Source: Candidatus Izemoplasmatales bacterium
Lineage (GTDB): Bacteria; Bacillota_I; Bacilli_A; Izemoplasmatales; Hujiaoplasmataceae
Length of the DNA stretch: 55,976 nt
Direction of reading: 5' to 3'
NCBI GenBank assembly: GCA_050177605.1
Contig: JBFXGX010000011.1
Location: 1-55,976 of the forward strand
The first letter of the stretch is position 1; every line of letters starts with the position of its first letter. The notes under the pieces are model-generated. The model was not told where the DNA came from. It saw nothing but the letters and a program-made list of their open reading frames with translations, and searched no databases. The position numbers and the translations under genes were made by a program. Shown here piece by piece: positions 18,785 through 28,997 of the stretch.

Positions 18785-21592
18785 ATGAAGAAATGGCTTA
18801 GTTTTATTCTTATCTTTTTACTTTCGTCAGTGCTATTTGCTTGTACAGAAGATTCCACTTCTACAACCGCGAATACTTCCTCTTCTTTAACATGTTCTTT
18901 AGGCTTTCATATAGAAAATAATGAATGTGTTTTGGATGATCAAGAAACAACAGATTCAATTAAAGAAGTATCTGGTATTCTCGAAACAAATATCATTGTT
19001 GGACATTATTTTAATCCTCTTGATGGCGTTTTAGCTACTTCAGAAGAAGGCGTGAATTTAACATCCTACGTATCAATCGTAGGACATGTTGATTATGGAA
19101 CGATTGGTGATTATACATTAACCTATTCGCTTCTTTATCTCGAAGACTCTTTTTCAGCAGAAAGAATTATTCATGTCATCAATGGAACATATACACAAGA
19201 AAATCTGAGTAGACCAGTTGTCACAACTGGAAGTAATCTACTTGGAAGTGGATCCTACTTCAGTGGAACAAACACAAGTATCTCACATCCAGCAAGTCCC
19301 TCCTTTATCGACCATGATTTGTATGATGTCGCTATACCATCCAGTGGATGGTGGACATCGTTGCTCGTTCAAAACTATGGTGGAAGCAATGGAATCTATA
19401 CAAATCCGTTACGCGTAGCTTATACGAATGATGGCATGGAAATTACCAATCCTGAGGATGGATTTGTCCAATATTGGTTTAATGAAGGTCTTCAAACAAT
19501 AGCTCAGTTTCCACTCTCATTACGGGACTCTTATTTAAAAGCAACCAGTTTAAATGCTGGATACGAAACACATGTAATCAACTATTCTGATGCCGCTGTA
19601 CAAGTGGCACTTAGAAATGTTGGAAGCAGTGTTGATCAAATGGTCACGACGCTTGTACAGGGATCTCCATATGTATTTGTCGAAGTGGCAAACAAAGAGT
19701 CATTAACGTACAAATTTGATACAAATGCCGTAGATAATTATGAATATTATGATGTCGAAGGAAATTTAATTACATCTTCAACATATACGGGAAATGCAAT
19801 TATCGTAAAACTAGTTCATCGTCATAGTGGATATGTTACGACACCACCTGCCAATGTGGGTATGCCACAATATAGTGATAAATATTACTTAGTCAATACA
19901 CCAGATAACACCGTCTTTACAATTACAAGTGCAAATCATCCATTTGGGCTCAAAAATGAGTTGATCATCAATCTAGGAGACAGTAATTATTTATCTATTG
20001 CAGCGATTAACAATTTATCGGAAGCGTCATTTTATCATCAAAATGGATACTCGCTGATTAATTCAACCGATATAAGTTATAATATCAATTATGATGATAG
20101 TGTTGTAAGGACTCACTATACCTATAGCGCAAGTAATTTAAAAGATGATTCCAAAGTGTTAATAGCGATGATGCCACATCACTATAAAAACAGTGATGCT
20201 TCCTTGACAGAATACGCTTATCGTACTGTTCGAGGAACATTAAAGGTTCACGAAGGTAGTTATTTTGAAACCTCACTTGGGTTTAGTGGATTATTACCTG
20301 GCTTTACAACCCCTACGGATACAGCGTTTGATTCTTCGCTCGCGACAACTTATTTAAATAATTTGAATGACAATATCGATACTATGGATAGTGAAGATTT
20401 CATCAATTATGATGGACCTTATTGGAATTCTAAAGCGATGTATCCTCTATCACAAGGAATGATTATTGCGGATCAATTAGGGTTAGAAACATTAAAACAA
20501 GAATTTATTGGAAAACTTGAATTTGTTCTTGAAGATTGGTTCACTTATTCTGGATCTACAGATACTAAATTCTTGTACTATAACAATACATGGGGTAGTG
20601 TCTATTATTCTAATGATGATTTTGCGACAGCTTCAACACTGAGTGACCATAGTTTTACGCACGGATATTTGATTTATGCCGCAAGTGTTCTTGCTATGTA
20701 TGATCCAAGTTTCGTCGACAATTATGGCGATATGGTTGATTTACTATTAAACGATTATATGTTTACTGAAAAAGATAGTGCTGAATTTGCCTACCTTCGA
20801 AACTTTGATCCATTTGCTGGCCACTCTTGGGCTCATGGATTTGGGACATTTGCAGAAGGAAATAACCTAGAATCATCTAGTGAAGCCCTAAACTCGTGGA
20901 ACGCAGGGTATTTATGGGCACTTGCGACAGGTGACACTGAAAGAATGGAAGCTGCAATTTATGGTTTTGTTACTGAACTAAGTGCAGCGAAAGAATATTG
21001 GTTTGATTACGATGATACAAACTGGGATCCAGCCTATGGAGATTATGTTGATGTTGCAGGAATGGTATGGGGTGGAAAATTTGATTATGCTACCTGGTTT
21101 GGTGCTAACCCTACTTTCATCTACGGAATCCAGTGGCTACCAACAGGTGAATATTTAACCAGTTATGCACTAACCGAAGAAGAACTTACAAAATTATCTA
21201 GTATCTTTGAAACTTACCTTGCAGCTAAAAACGGCGTCATTGATACATGGTATTCCAATATGTGGGCAGTCATGGCGATTGTCGATCCAATCGAAGCAGT
21301 CAGTGAATTTGATGCTTCAAAGATATTGAATGATGATTATCCTAATGAACTAGTGGGAAGTTATTGGATGGTTCATAGTCTTGCTAGTCTTGGAAATAGA
21401 ACTAGTGAGGTATGGATGAAACTAAATACTTCAGTATCTTCAACTGTGTATGTTGACGCTGATGGAATCTATACCGCTATGGTTTGGAATCCAACACAGA
21501 GTGCGCACACGATAGAGTTTTATAATCAGGAAGGGTTACTAATGACTTATACGATTCAGGCAAATACCTTTGAATCAGTTGTTCTAAACTAA
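18785..21592 (+). CDS. GH81 endo-beta-1,3-glucanase lipoprotein with Ig-like domain
   Basis: Lipobox LFAC; PSSGWWTSL, QGSPY, DHSFTHGY, RNFDPFAGHSWAHG, NLESSSE, GIQWLP; terminator at 21597-21630. Confidence 0.9.
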   Translation: MKKWLSFILIFLLSSVLFACTEDSTSTTANTSSSLTCSLGFHIENNECVLDDQETTDSIKEVSGILETNIIVGHYFNPLDGVLATSEEGVNLTSYVSIVGHVDYGTIGDYTLTYSLLYLEDSFSAERIIHVINGTYTQENLSRPVVTTGSNLLGSGSYFSGTNTSISHPASPSFIDHDLYDVAIPSSGWWTSLLVQNYGGSNGIYTNPLRVAYTNDGMEITNPEDGFVQYWFNEGLQTIAQFPLSLRDSYLKATSLNAGYETHVINYSDAAVQVALRNVGSSVDQMVTTLVQGSPYVFVEVANKESLTYKFDTNAVDNYEYYDVEGNLITSSTYTGNAIIVKLVHRHSGYVTTPPANVGMPQYSDKYYLVNTPDNTVFTITSANHPFGLKNELIINLGDSNYLSIAAINNLSEASFYHQNGYSLINSTDISYNINYDDSVVRTHYTYSASNLKDDSKVLIAMMPHHYKNSDASLTEYAYRTVRGTLKVHEGSYFETSLGFSGLLPGFTTPTDTAFDSSLATTYLNNLNDNIDTMDSEDFINYDGPYWNSKAMYPLSQGMIIADQLGLETLKQEFIGKLEFVLEDWFTYSGSTDTKFLYYNNTWGSVYYSNDDFATASTLSDHSFTHGYLIYAASVLAMYDPSFVDNYGDMVDLLLNDYMFTEKDSAEFAYLRNFDPFAGHSWAHGFGTFAEGNNLESSSEALNSWNAGYLWALATGDTERMEAAIYGFVTELSAAKEYWFDYDDTNWDPAYGDYVDVAGMVWGGKFDYATWFGANPTFIYGIQWLPTGEYLTSYALTEEELTKLSSIFETYLAAKNGVIDTWYSNMWAVMAIVDPIEAVSEFDASKILNDDYPNELVGSYWMVHSLASLGNRTSEVWMKLNTSVSSTVYVDADGIYTAMVWNPTQSAHTIEFYNQEGLLMTYTIQANTFESVVLN

Positions 21593-21634
21593 TAATTAAA
21601 AGTCATATTCAATAATCGAATATGACTTTTTGTT

Positions 21635-22315
21635 TTATTCTTGAATTGTTGGCTGTTCAACTTGATTTAAATTTTTTTGAGTATCCAATGAAGCACCAAT
21701 ATTAATGTTTTTTAGGACAAATCGATTATAGAAAGACATAATCACACCACCGAGAGTTAAGATAAATAAAGTTCCAAATCCAATATCTGTAATTTGTCCA
21801 TTCAGTAAACCAAAGATGATAGCAATGATGAAAGCCAGTCCATAGGAGAAATAAGTTCCTTTTACGACACTTTTAAAGACATCTTCTTGCATTACTTTCA
21901 AAAATACATCCATTGGGTGTACTGCAATGTTAACCTTTAGATGCACTGCGATTCCAAGTAACAAGATAAGTAGTCCGATGATATTCATCAAGACTCTTAA
22001 AACCAGTGGCCAGAATTCCATTTGAGGTATGATCATTATAAATAAATCAAGAACACTGCTGAATAGAAGCAAAAAAAGCAATGATCCTAGAAAATCAATC
22101 CAGGTAATTTTTTTGTGAATCAGTACTGCTGCTATATACATCACTGCACTGATTAGTATAAACGCTATTCCTGGAGTAACCCCCGGAAGATAGTTGCTAA
22201 TGTTTGCGGCACTCGCTCCATAAGCACTCATTCCTAACTTTGTCTGATAAGTAATTGCACTACCTAGACCATTGCAAAGGATGGCCACAAATAACAGTGA
22301 TATTTTTGTCTTCAT
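21635..22315 (-). CDS. YczE/YitT family membrane protein
   Basis: LGMSAY, TPG, HPMD, IGFGT repeated TM pattern. Confidence 0.75.
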   Translation of the reverse strand: MKTKISLLFVAILCNGLGSAITYQTKLGMSAYGASAANISNYLPGVTPGIAFILISAVMYIAAVLIHKKITWIDFLGSLLFLLLFSSVLDLFIMIIPQMEFWPLVLRVLMNIIGLLILLLGIAVHLKVNIAVHPMDVFLKVMQEDVFKSVVKGTYFSYGLAFIIAIIFGLLNGQITDIGFGTLFILTLGGVIMSFYNRFVLKNINIGASLDTQKNLNQVEQPTIQE

Positions 22316-22496
22316 ATTGACTTCCTTGTTAAGTATACGTTTATTCTATATTTTATCATATGTATTTATTAGATGATTGTGAAATATCGATAATGATGAG
22401 AAAATCGTGCAAATTTGTTATATTTTTCGATGATGTGTACCGTAAATGTCCGATTCGTTGTATAATGATTTTTGTATTATATTGTGGGGTGGATGA

Positions 22497-24707
22497 ATGA
22501 ATAATCAAGTTTTTGACAAAAAATATATGCTCTATTTTGTCGCTTCCGCGACAGTGATTGTCCTAACGCTGTTTGAATATATCTCAACCCAAAACTTTCT
22601 TTTGTTTCATACTAGTTTGGGAATTGGGATGATTACACTTGGTATTGCCATTCCAGTCATCGGCATAATCAGTTCATTTCGATTAAAAGATAATATTCTT
22701 TCAAGAATTTCGCCGGCAATCTTCATCTATACGTTTTTAATGTTAATCCATATCCTTTCATTTCCTGGGATGAACATTATTCATAATGTCGGAAACAACT
22801 TTACATTTTTCAATTATTTCTTTGCTAATTTTATCTTGGTGATGGGTTTTATTGTCGCTATTCTTGATCGTCATATGGTAATAAAAACGACAACTCATTT
22901 AGCCCTCGCTACTATCTTTGGTATCTTATTTTTCTTTGTTTCGACAACTGAATGGGCACAAAATCAAAATACAGATTCTATATTGATGATTTCACAGGTT
23001 CTCTTAATTTGGTTATATATCGTAACGCTTTGTCTTTGGTATATCTATCGAAAATTGTATTTGGATTCCGAAATAAAAATATTGAGTTATGCAATAATCT
23101 TATTACTTTTATCCGAAATCTTTGGCGTTTTTCACTTCTCTGGAGCGAATTTGTTAGCTTCGTTTAGTCTCGGGTTTAAGTTTATGGCGTTCATGCTGAT
23201 TTTATACTTAACTGCCGTCGTTAATTTAATCCTTCCTTACAATGAACTTTATGAAGTGCAAATACAAGAGAGTGAAACACAAAAGTTTCTTCGAAAAGAA
23301 ATCAGTGTTAGCTTTGAGCGATTAAAACAAAGTCAACAAATTGCTCATGTTGGGACTTGGGAACTAGATATTGAAAATGACGTCGTGTGGGCCAGTGATG
23401 AAGCGTTTCACATTTATGGTATCCCAGTCACAGATGACAATTCATTTTCTTTTCAAATTGCTCGAAAAATGGTGTTTCAGGAAGATCGGCCAAAGCTGGA
23501 TTACGCAATGAATAACCTATTAACCAAAAAAATCCCTTATAACGTGTTCTTTAGAATACTCAATCCAAACAATGAGATTCATCATATTAATTCAATAGCG
23601 ACTTGTGAATATTTGGATGGCAAACCATATAAAGTTCTCGGTGTCATTCATGACATCACAGAGTTGAGAGTTGAAGAAGAAAAACTGATTTATGCTAGTT
23701 ATCATGATGAACTCACGGACACATATAATCGTCGATATTTTGTAGAACAAAGAAAGCATTTAAGTATTGAGTCATATTTGCCTGTGGCAAACATCATTTT
23801 AGACATTAACGGTCTTAAAATTATTAATGATAGTTTTGGACATAACGCTGGGAATCTGGTATTAAAGAAAGTTGCTTCTGTGATTAAGAATAATATGCAT
23901 GAAAATGGATTTTTGGCAAGAATCGGTGGCGATGAATTTGCGGTTATGCTAACCAATACCACTTTGTCCGAAGCAGAAGAGTTTATGAAACAAATCAATG
24001 GATTTATCAATAGTGAAAAAATCGGAAATATCAATTTATCAATTGCTTATGGAATTGCAATGAAACTTAATAATCATGATTCATTTGATCTCATTCTAAA
24101 AAAAGCAGAAGATGAGATGTATCTTAATAAAATGTCTCAAACATTTAGCTTTAGAAACAAAATTATAGATGCATTAACCAATACACTATTTGAAAAAGAT
24201 AATAATAGCGAAGAACATTCTCGGAGAGTTTCTGATTATGCATTTGAATTAGCCCAAGCATGTAATCTATCTCAAAAGAAATGTAGTGATATTAAAGTTG
24301 CAGGAATGCTACATGATATTGGAAAAGTCACAATTTCCAATGAAATCTTGAATAAAGAAGGAAAGTTAAATGCTGATGAATATACGATTATCAAGTCGCA
24401 TTCAGAAAAAGGATATAGCATTATTCATTCAATAGGGAATATGGATGTCATCGCTAATTATGTTCTTGAACATCATGAGCGATACGATGGCTTTGGATAT
24501 CCAAAAGGAATTAAAGGAGAAGATATCAGTTTTGAAGCAAGAATTATTGCTATAGCTGACGCCTTTGATGCGATGACTTCGTACCGAAGTTATAAAAAGA
24601 ATAAGACGAAAGAAGAAGCCGTTGAAGAACTAAGAAAATTCAAGGGAACCCAATTTGACCCTAGTCTCGTCGATATCTTCATTGAAAAGGTACTTTTGAT
24701 AAAGTAG
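22497..24707 (+). CDS. Membrane sensor (MASE3-like) - PAS - GGDEF - HD-GYP c-di-GMP enzyme
   Basis: About 8 TM; VGTWE...WASDE PAS; HDELT...NRR, DINGLKIINDSFGH, RIGGDEF; HSRRV, HDIGK, HHERYDGFGYP, IADAFDAM. Confidence 0.92.
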   Translation: MNNQVFDKKYMLYFVASATVIVLTLFEYISTQNFLLFHTSLGIGMITLGIAIPVIGIISSFRLKDNILSRISPAIFIYTFLMLIHILSFPGMNIIHNVGNNFTFFNYFFANFILVMGFIVAILDRHMVIKTTTHLALATIFGILFFFVSTTEWAQNQNTDSILMISQVLLIWLYIVTLCLWYIYRKLYLDSEIKILSYAIILLLLSEIFGVFHFSGANLLASFSLGFKFMAFMLILYLTAVVNLILPYNELYEVQIQESETQKFLRKEISVSFERLKQSQQIAHVGTWELDIENDVVWASDEAFHIYGIPVTDDNSFSFQIARKMVFQEDRPKLDYAMNNLLTKKIPYNVFFRILNPNNEIHHINSIATCEYLDGKPYKVLGVIHDITELRVEEEKLIYASYHDELTDTYNRRYFVEQRKHLSIESYLPVANIILDINGLKIINDSFGHNAGNLVLKKVASVIKNNMHENGFLARIGGDEFAVMLTNTTLSEAEEFMKQINGFINSEKIGNINLSIAYGIAMKLNNHDSFDLILKKAEDEMYLNKMSQTFSFRNKIIDALTNTLFEKDNNSEEHSRRVSDYAFELAQACNLSQKKCSDIKVAGMLHDIGKVTISNEILNKEGKLNADEYTIIKSHSEKGYSIIHSIGNMDVIANYVLEHHERYDGFGYPKGIKGEDISFEARIIAIADAFDAMTSYRSYKKNKTKEEAVEELRKFKGTQFDPSLVDIFIEKVLLIK

Positions 24708-24739
24708 AGATCACTAAAAAATGCAAGCTTGCGCTTGCA

Positions 24740-26446
24740 TTATTTTTTTTCGCCAGAATGAAATACTTCATCCCAAAAATCGTTTCCATCTTTTTCTTTG
24801 TATTCATGTTTTTGATGGTTGTAATCAAAACGAATCATCGATACAACGAATATAAAGGCAAGAGAAATATACATACATAATAATAAATTGTTCAAAATCA
24901 CACGAGCTGATGAGACAAAAGAATAGAGTCCACTATGAAAATGATTCGGTATTGAAGTGTCTATATTTACTTGGTTGAAAGATACCTTCGTATAAGCGAA
25001 AGATAGTGGTGAGAATAAGACAACATCATCACCATCATCGTAAAATGAAATCTCATAATAATTGCGTTCTAAGTTATCCAGGCCATTATAGGAAAGAAGT
25101 GTACTCTGAAAAACTGAAAAGCCATTGTAATCACCATTTTCATCAAATTGAACAAGATACAATATATAATCTAAATTTGAGTTCATCATGCCTTGGTTGC
25201 CAAACATCAATAGATTAACATTTCCGTTTTCATCGACAAATAAGTACCTTGGTAAATAAGTGTATCTTTCATATTCATAATAGACTGATTTAATATCAAA
25301 AGCCATATTATCTTCAAGTTTTCCGTTATCCATATTGATTCGCAGAATATTAACGGCATAGAAAGGGATATCAGATTGTATCAAATGAAGTAGATTGTAC
25401 ATATCTTTGTAATATTCTCGCACAAAGCCATATAAGTAGATATCTCCATTTACAATTTGCATGCCAGACAAAGATATTGTATTATCGAAATATTCCCATT
25501 TTAGGTTTCCATTTTCATCAAGACATGTTATTTTGTTATCTCGCAAAAAAATATAGTTATTATTTTCATAAAATAATGTTTCAGTATAAGATGAAATTGT
25601 AACGCCAGAATAGTAAGGAGTGTCTTGGCGATCATTATAGTAATAACTCCAAAGTGGACTGATAGCCGAATCATATTTAACTACAATAGATCCATCGAAT
25701 AGCGTGTGATATTTAATAACAAATCCACCATCATCCGTAGAGATAAGATCATAATAAGCATGTCCTCCGAACACATCTATTCCATACGCCGTGATATCAA
25801 CATTGACCAGGTTGATTATTTCTCCTTGAGCGTTAATGACTAAAATACCTATGCCAAAAAGATTATTGTCAAGGTCAACATACATTCCTAAAGAAACAAA
25901 ATCACCGTTGTCGATTTGATCAACTGACCATGCTTGAAATTGATAGTGCTCATACAAAATGTCAATATTTGCGGCCAGTTTTCCACCTACGCTCCAAACA
26001 AGTTCATCCTCGTTATTATAATAACTTATCATCGAAGCGCTATATACGTAGGTAAGTGAACATTCGTCACCAGGAAGGCCATAACAATTCATTTGATCAT
26101 TATTGTAAGCGACAATGTACCCTTGGTCTAATTTTTTGAAGTCGTATTCATGATAATAATCATCGTAAAAATCTTTTCTTTCAGTAGTAACAATATCTTC
26201 TTGAATCAAAGAACTAACTTCAAGGATAGGTTGGTGTAGTATTGGAAAGATGTTAAACAGAACTACAAAAATCGTGAATGCTAAACTCGCTGTAATCAAT
26301 AATCTTGTTGGACTAAGCATTTTTTTGTGATGTTCTAAAAACAGTGCTTGATTAACATATTTTTCATATTTTTTATAGTAGAGAAAGAAAGCAACATATG
26401 AAATTGACAATACAAGAAACGATATAATGATGTATTTAAGCTCCAT
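24740..26446 (-). CDS. Membrane protein with a large extracellular beta-propeller-like domain; partner of the LytTR gene
   Basis: 2 N-terminal and 1 C-terminal TM; repeated YNNEDELVW / YDSAISPLW / LDENGNLKW blade-like motifs; 12 bp downstream of lytTR. Confidence 0.6.
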   Translation of the reverse strand: MELKYIIISFLVLSISYVAFFLYYKKYEKYVNQALFLEHHKKMLSPTRLLITASLAFTIFVVLFNIFPILHQPILEVSSLIQEDIVTTERKDFYDDYYHEYDFKKLDQGYIVAYNNDQMNCYGLPGDECSLTYVYSASMISYYNNEDELVWSVGGKLAANIDILYEHYQFQAWSVDQIDNGDFVSLGMYVDLDNNLFGIGILVINAQGEIINLVNVDITAYGIDVFGGHAYYDLISTDDGGFVIKYHTLFDGSIVVKYDSAISPLWSYYYNDRQDTPYYSGVTISSYTETLFYENNNYIFLRDNKITCLDENGNLKWEYFDNTISLSGMQIVNGDIYLYGFVREYYKDMYNLLHLIQSDIPFYAVNILRINMDNGKLEDNMAFDIKSVYYEYERYTYLPRYLFVDENGNVNLLMFGNQGMMNSNLDYILYLVQFDENGDYNGFSVFQSTLLSYNGLDNLERNYYEISFYDDGDDVVLFSPLSFAYTKVSFNQVNIDTSIPNHFHSGLYSFVSSARVILNNLLLCMYISLAFIFVVSMIRFDYNHQKHEYKEKDGNDFWDEVFHSGEKK

Positions 26447-26458
26447 TTTACAACCTCC

Positions 26459-26905
26459 TTAATAGCCAATAAACTTTTTAAAAGAAGCACGATATATTCT
26501 TGATACAGTGACTCTCATATTGTTTTTTAGTAGAAGAGACATTGTTCCATTGATTGAAGGAATGATTTTTTTGATTCCAGATTTCGCAATAATCATTGAT
26601 TTGTTAATTCGAGTAAACTTTGAATTATCAAGTTGTATTTCTAATTCAAATAGTTTTTCTCTAATTGAGAACTGTTCATTCAGCGTATGAAGAATAATCA
26701 GTCTACCGAAACTTTCTATCATGATAATCCGATCGAAAGGGATAATTTCAAGTTGTCCATTTTTCTCACCAAGAATTGAATCTTTTTGAGGAACTGTTTC
26801 TTGAAATACGATATCTGCATCGTCAGAAACTGAAAAACCAGCTTTTTCAAGCATTTCTTTATACTCGTTATAATTTTCTGGTTTTGAGACGATGCGTATC
26901 TTCAT
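26459..26905 (-). CDS. Stand-alone LytTR family regulator
   Basis: IIMIESFG, KLFELE..L...FTRINKSMII, VSRIY; no receiver domain; ATG 26905 after GGGAGGG. Confidence 0.9.
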   Translation of the reverse strand: MKIRIVSKPENYNEYKEMLEKAGFSVSDDADIVFQETVPQKDSILGEKNGQLEIIPFDRIIMIESFGRLIILHTLNEQFSIREKLFELEIQLDNSKFTRINKSMIIAKSGIKKIIPSINGTMSLLLKNNMRVTVSRIYRASFKKFIGY

Positions 26906-26924
26906 TTTTTTCCCTCCCATTCAA

Positions 26925-26991
26925 ATTATACCAAAAATAAATTCGTTTTGGATTTGTTTTTACATAAGAGGTCAATTTTTTGTTACAAGAG
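26925..26991 (-). promoter_or_regulatory. LytTR-type direct repeats and extended -10 promoter
   Basis: Minus strand: CTCTT repeated at 21-bp periodicity (26991-26987 and 26970-26966), then TGGTATAAT (26933-26925) with no good -35. Confidence 0.6.
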
Positions 26992-27033
26992 AACAGAAAA
27001 CAAAAAAAACAGTCTTGTTGACTGTTTCATAGG

Positions 27034-27738
27034 TTACATGATATCTGATAACAAGATATCGATACTTTCGTGGACTTGACCTTTAAGTTTTAATAAAAGC
27101 GTTTCATCTATATCCTTATTCTTAATGTGTCCTAGATGAATCAATAAAATAATCGAACCAAAATAAAAAGCTAGAGACCTTTTTACCGCTCTTTTATAAG
27201 ATTTCCAACCTACGGATTTACTCACCTTTTCAAGATACAATTTATCAATTAAGACTTTTGCCAGCGCAAGAATCAGTGCTAGAAGCGTTCCGCCGACAAT
27301 TGTATTTATTTCCAGTAAGTGTGTTATTTGATTGATTGCGAACAGAAGTAGAAAGGTAAGCAAATAAGAAAATAACATATTGAAAAAGTAAAACCGCTTT
27401 ACCTTTTTTTGACAAGTCACAACTTCGTCATAGATATGTTGATTTACTTTGTGTTCCAAAAGTAATATTGATGAATCTTCTTGAATTACTTTAAGTCGTT
27501 CTTCTTGAAACGAATAGAAGCGATTTAAGTCATCTAACGTCGTCTTAAAGCAGTAATCTAGGTTATACTCTTCTTGATTTTCCGTATAATTGAAGTATTG
27601 TGTATATTTTTCTAACGCAAGTGTTAATCCTTTATCGTCATGAGATAAGATTTCATCGATGGCAATATCTGGGAATATATCATCATGAATTTGTGAAATA
27701 TTTTGATTAATCTTTAAATATAGCTGATCTTTATGCAT
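27034..27738 (-). CDS. Hypothetical membrane protein
   Basis: 234 aa; soluble N-half and 3 hydrophobic segments; RBS GGAGG. Confidence 0.65.
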   Translation of the reverse strand: MHKDQLYLKINQNISQIHDDIFPDIAIDEILSHDDKGLTLALEKYTQYFNYTENQEEYNLDYCFKTTLDDLNRFYSFQEERLKVIQEDSSILLLEHKVNQHIYDEVVTCQKKVKRFYFFNMLFSYLLTFLLLFAINQITHLLEINTIVGGTLLALILALAKVLIDKLYLEKVSKSVGWKSYKRAVKRSLAFYFGSIILLIHLGHIKNKDIDETLLLKLKGQVHESIDILLSDIM

Positions 27739-27887
27739 TAAAGCCTCCTCCTAGAATAGGTATTATGAAAAATTATATCATAAAGAGCAGTTGCTGTAAT
27801 GGATGAAAGAAAAATAGAACTATTGTTTTTTTTATAAAATAAAAGAATTGATTATATCTGAAAATCAATTCTTCATCATAATGATTA

Positions 27888-28451
27888 TCATAAATCTAGA
27901 ACCATATAAATGGTGCCATCTTTTGCTTGATATTCCTTGAAATGACGATGTAGGTACATATCCTTTGGCCCACGATAATTCATTTCCTGTTTCCCAGCTT
28001 CAATCGGTACTGCAATGAGTGTTTCCATTCCTGCGAATCGGTGAAACGCTATAGCATAGTCAAGTAAAGAAGAAGCGATTTTTAAACCACGATAGTTTTC
28101 ACGAATGACGAAACAGATTGACAGTGCTGTTTTCTTTTTTTTAAACTCATCTTCGATGATTGGATAGAGCCGATGATATAAAGAGATTGGGGCACTATTC
28201 AACCACCCAACACATATATCGCCATCAAAGGCTAAAAAACCTTTCATCAATCCTTGATCAATCTCTTGAGATGCTTCTTGTTTATTAAACGCTCCAGTTC
28301 TGTTCATCCATTCATCTCTTGAACAGGTTGTATGATAAAATCTACAATAACATGATGACCAGTTTTGTTGATGCTGAAAGGAACTTTCATTAAAGAGACT
28401 AAAAAATGATTCTTTATTATGACTTGATAATACTTCAATACGTAGCTCCAT
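27888..28451 (-). CDS. GNAT family acetyltransferase
   Basis: CYC motif, VGW, SICFVIRENYRGLKIASSLL, YRGP..MY. Confidence 0.85.
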   Translation of the reverse strand: MELRIEVLSSHNKESFFSLFNESSFQHQQNWSSCYCRFYHTTCSRDEWMNRTGAFNKQEASQEIDQGLMKGFLAFDGDICVGWLNSAPISLYHRLYPIIEDEFKKKKTALSICFVIRENYRGLKIASSLLDYAIAFHRFAGMETLIAVPIEAGKQEMNYRGPKDMYLHRHFKEYQAKDGTIYMVLDL

Positions 28452-28459
28452 ATACTTAC

Positions 28460-28993
28460 CTACTCATTCCACAAATCTTTAAAATTCACAAGTGATGAAG
28501 AAGCACCTGGAAGTGAAGTATTCCATGCCATTTTATTTTCCCAAGCAATAATATATTCCCCAGAAAACATATACTCACCAAAACGAGTAGCTTCAGTCGT
28601 ATGTCCTTCTGCGACTAATCTCACTGGATACCCTCTATTTACACAGCCATGTTTGGTCATCCGAATACAAGCATCAGATTGAGCGCCAACTAAGACGATA
28701 TCTGTGACACCAAGCTCTTCAAGATATGCTTTTAAAGGCGTGTTCACAAAGGCATCTCCCCATTCTTTATAAATATGATAATCTCCATTCATAGGTACGA
28801 GTTCAGATACAATATTCCAACCTTCAGTGTTTTTTAGTAAATAGTCATCATTGTGTTGAACCCAAATAATAGGGATTTTTCTATCCCTTGCTTTTTTAAT
28901 GACTTCCTTTATCGTAGAAATCACATTATCTTTATTCCACGCATTGTTTACAACATCATTTTGCACATCGACAACTAACAAAGCTTCTTTCAT
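28460..28993 (-). CDS. Isochorismatase-family cysteine hydrolase
   Basis: ALLVVDVQN, K...DAF, GAQSDACI (D-K-C triad); ATG 28993. Confidence 0.9.
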   Translation of the reverse strand: MKEALLVVDVQNDVVNNAWNKDNVISTIKEVIKKARDRKIPIIWVQHNDDYLLKNTEGWNIVSELVPMNGDYHIYKEWGDAFVNTPLKAYLEELGVTDIVLVGAQSDACIRMTKHGCVNRGYPVRLVAEGHTTEATRFGEYMFSGEYIIAWENKMAWNTSLPGASSSLVNFKDLWNE

Positions 28994-28997
28994 AGAT

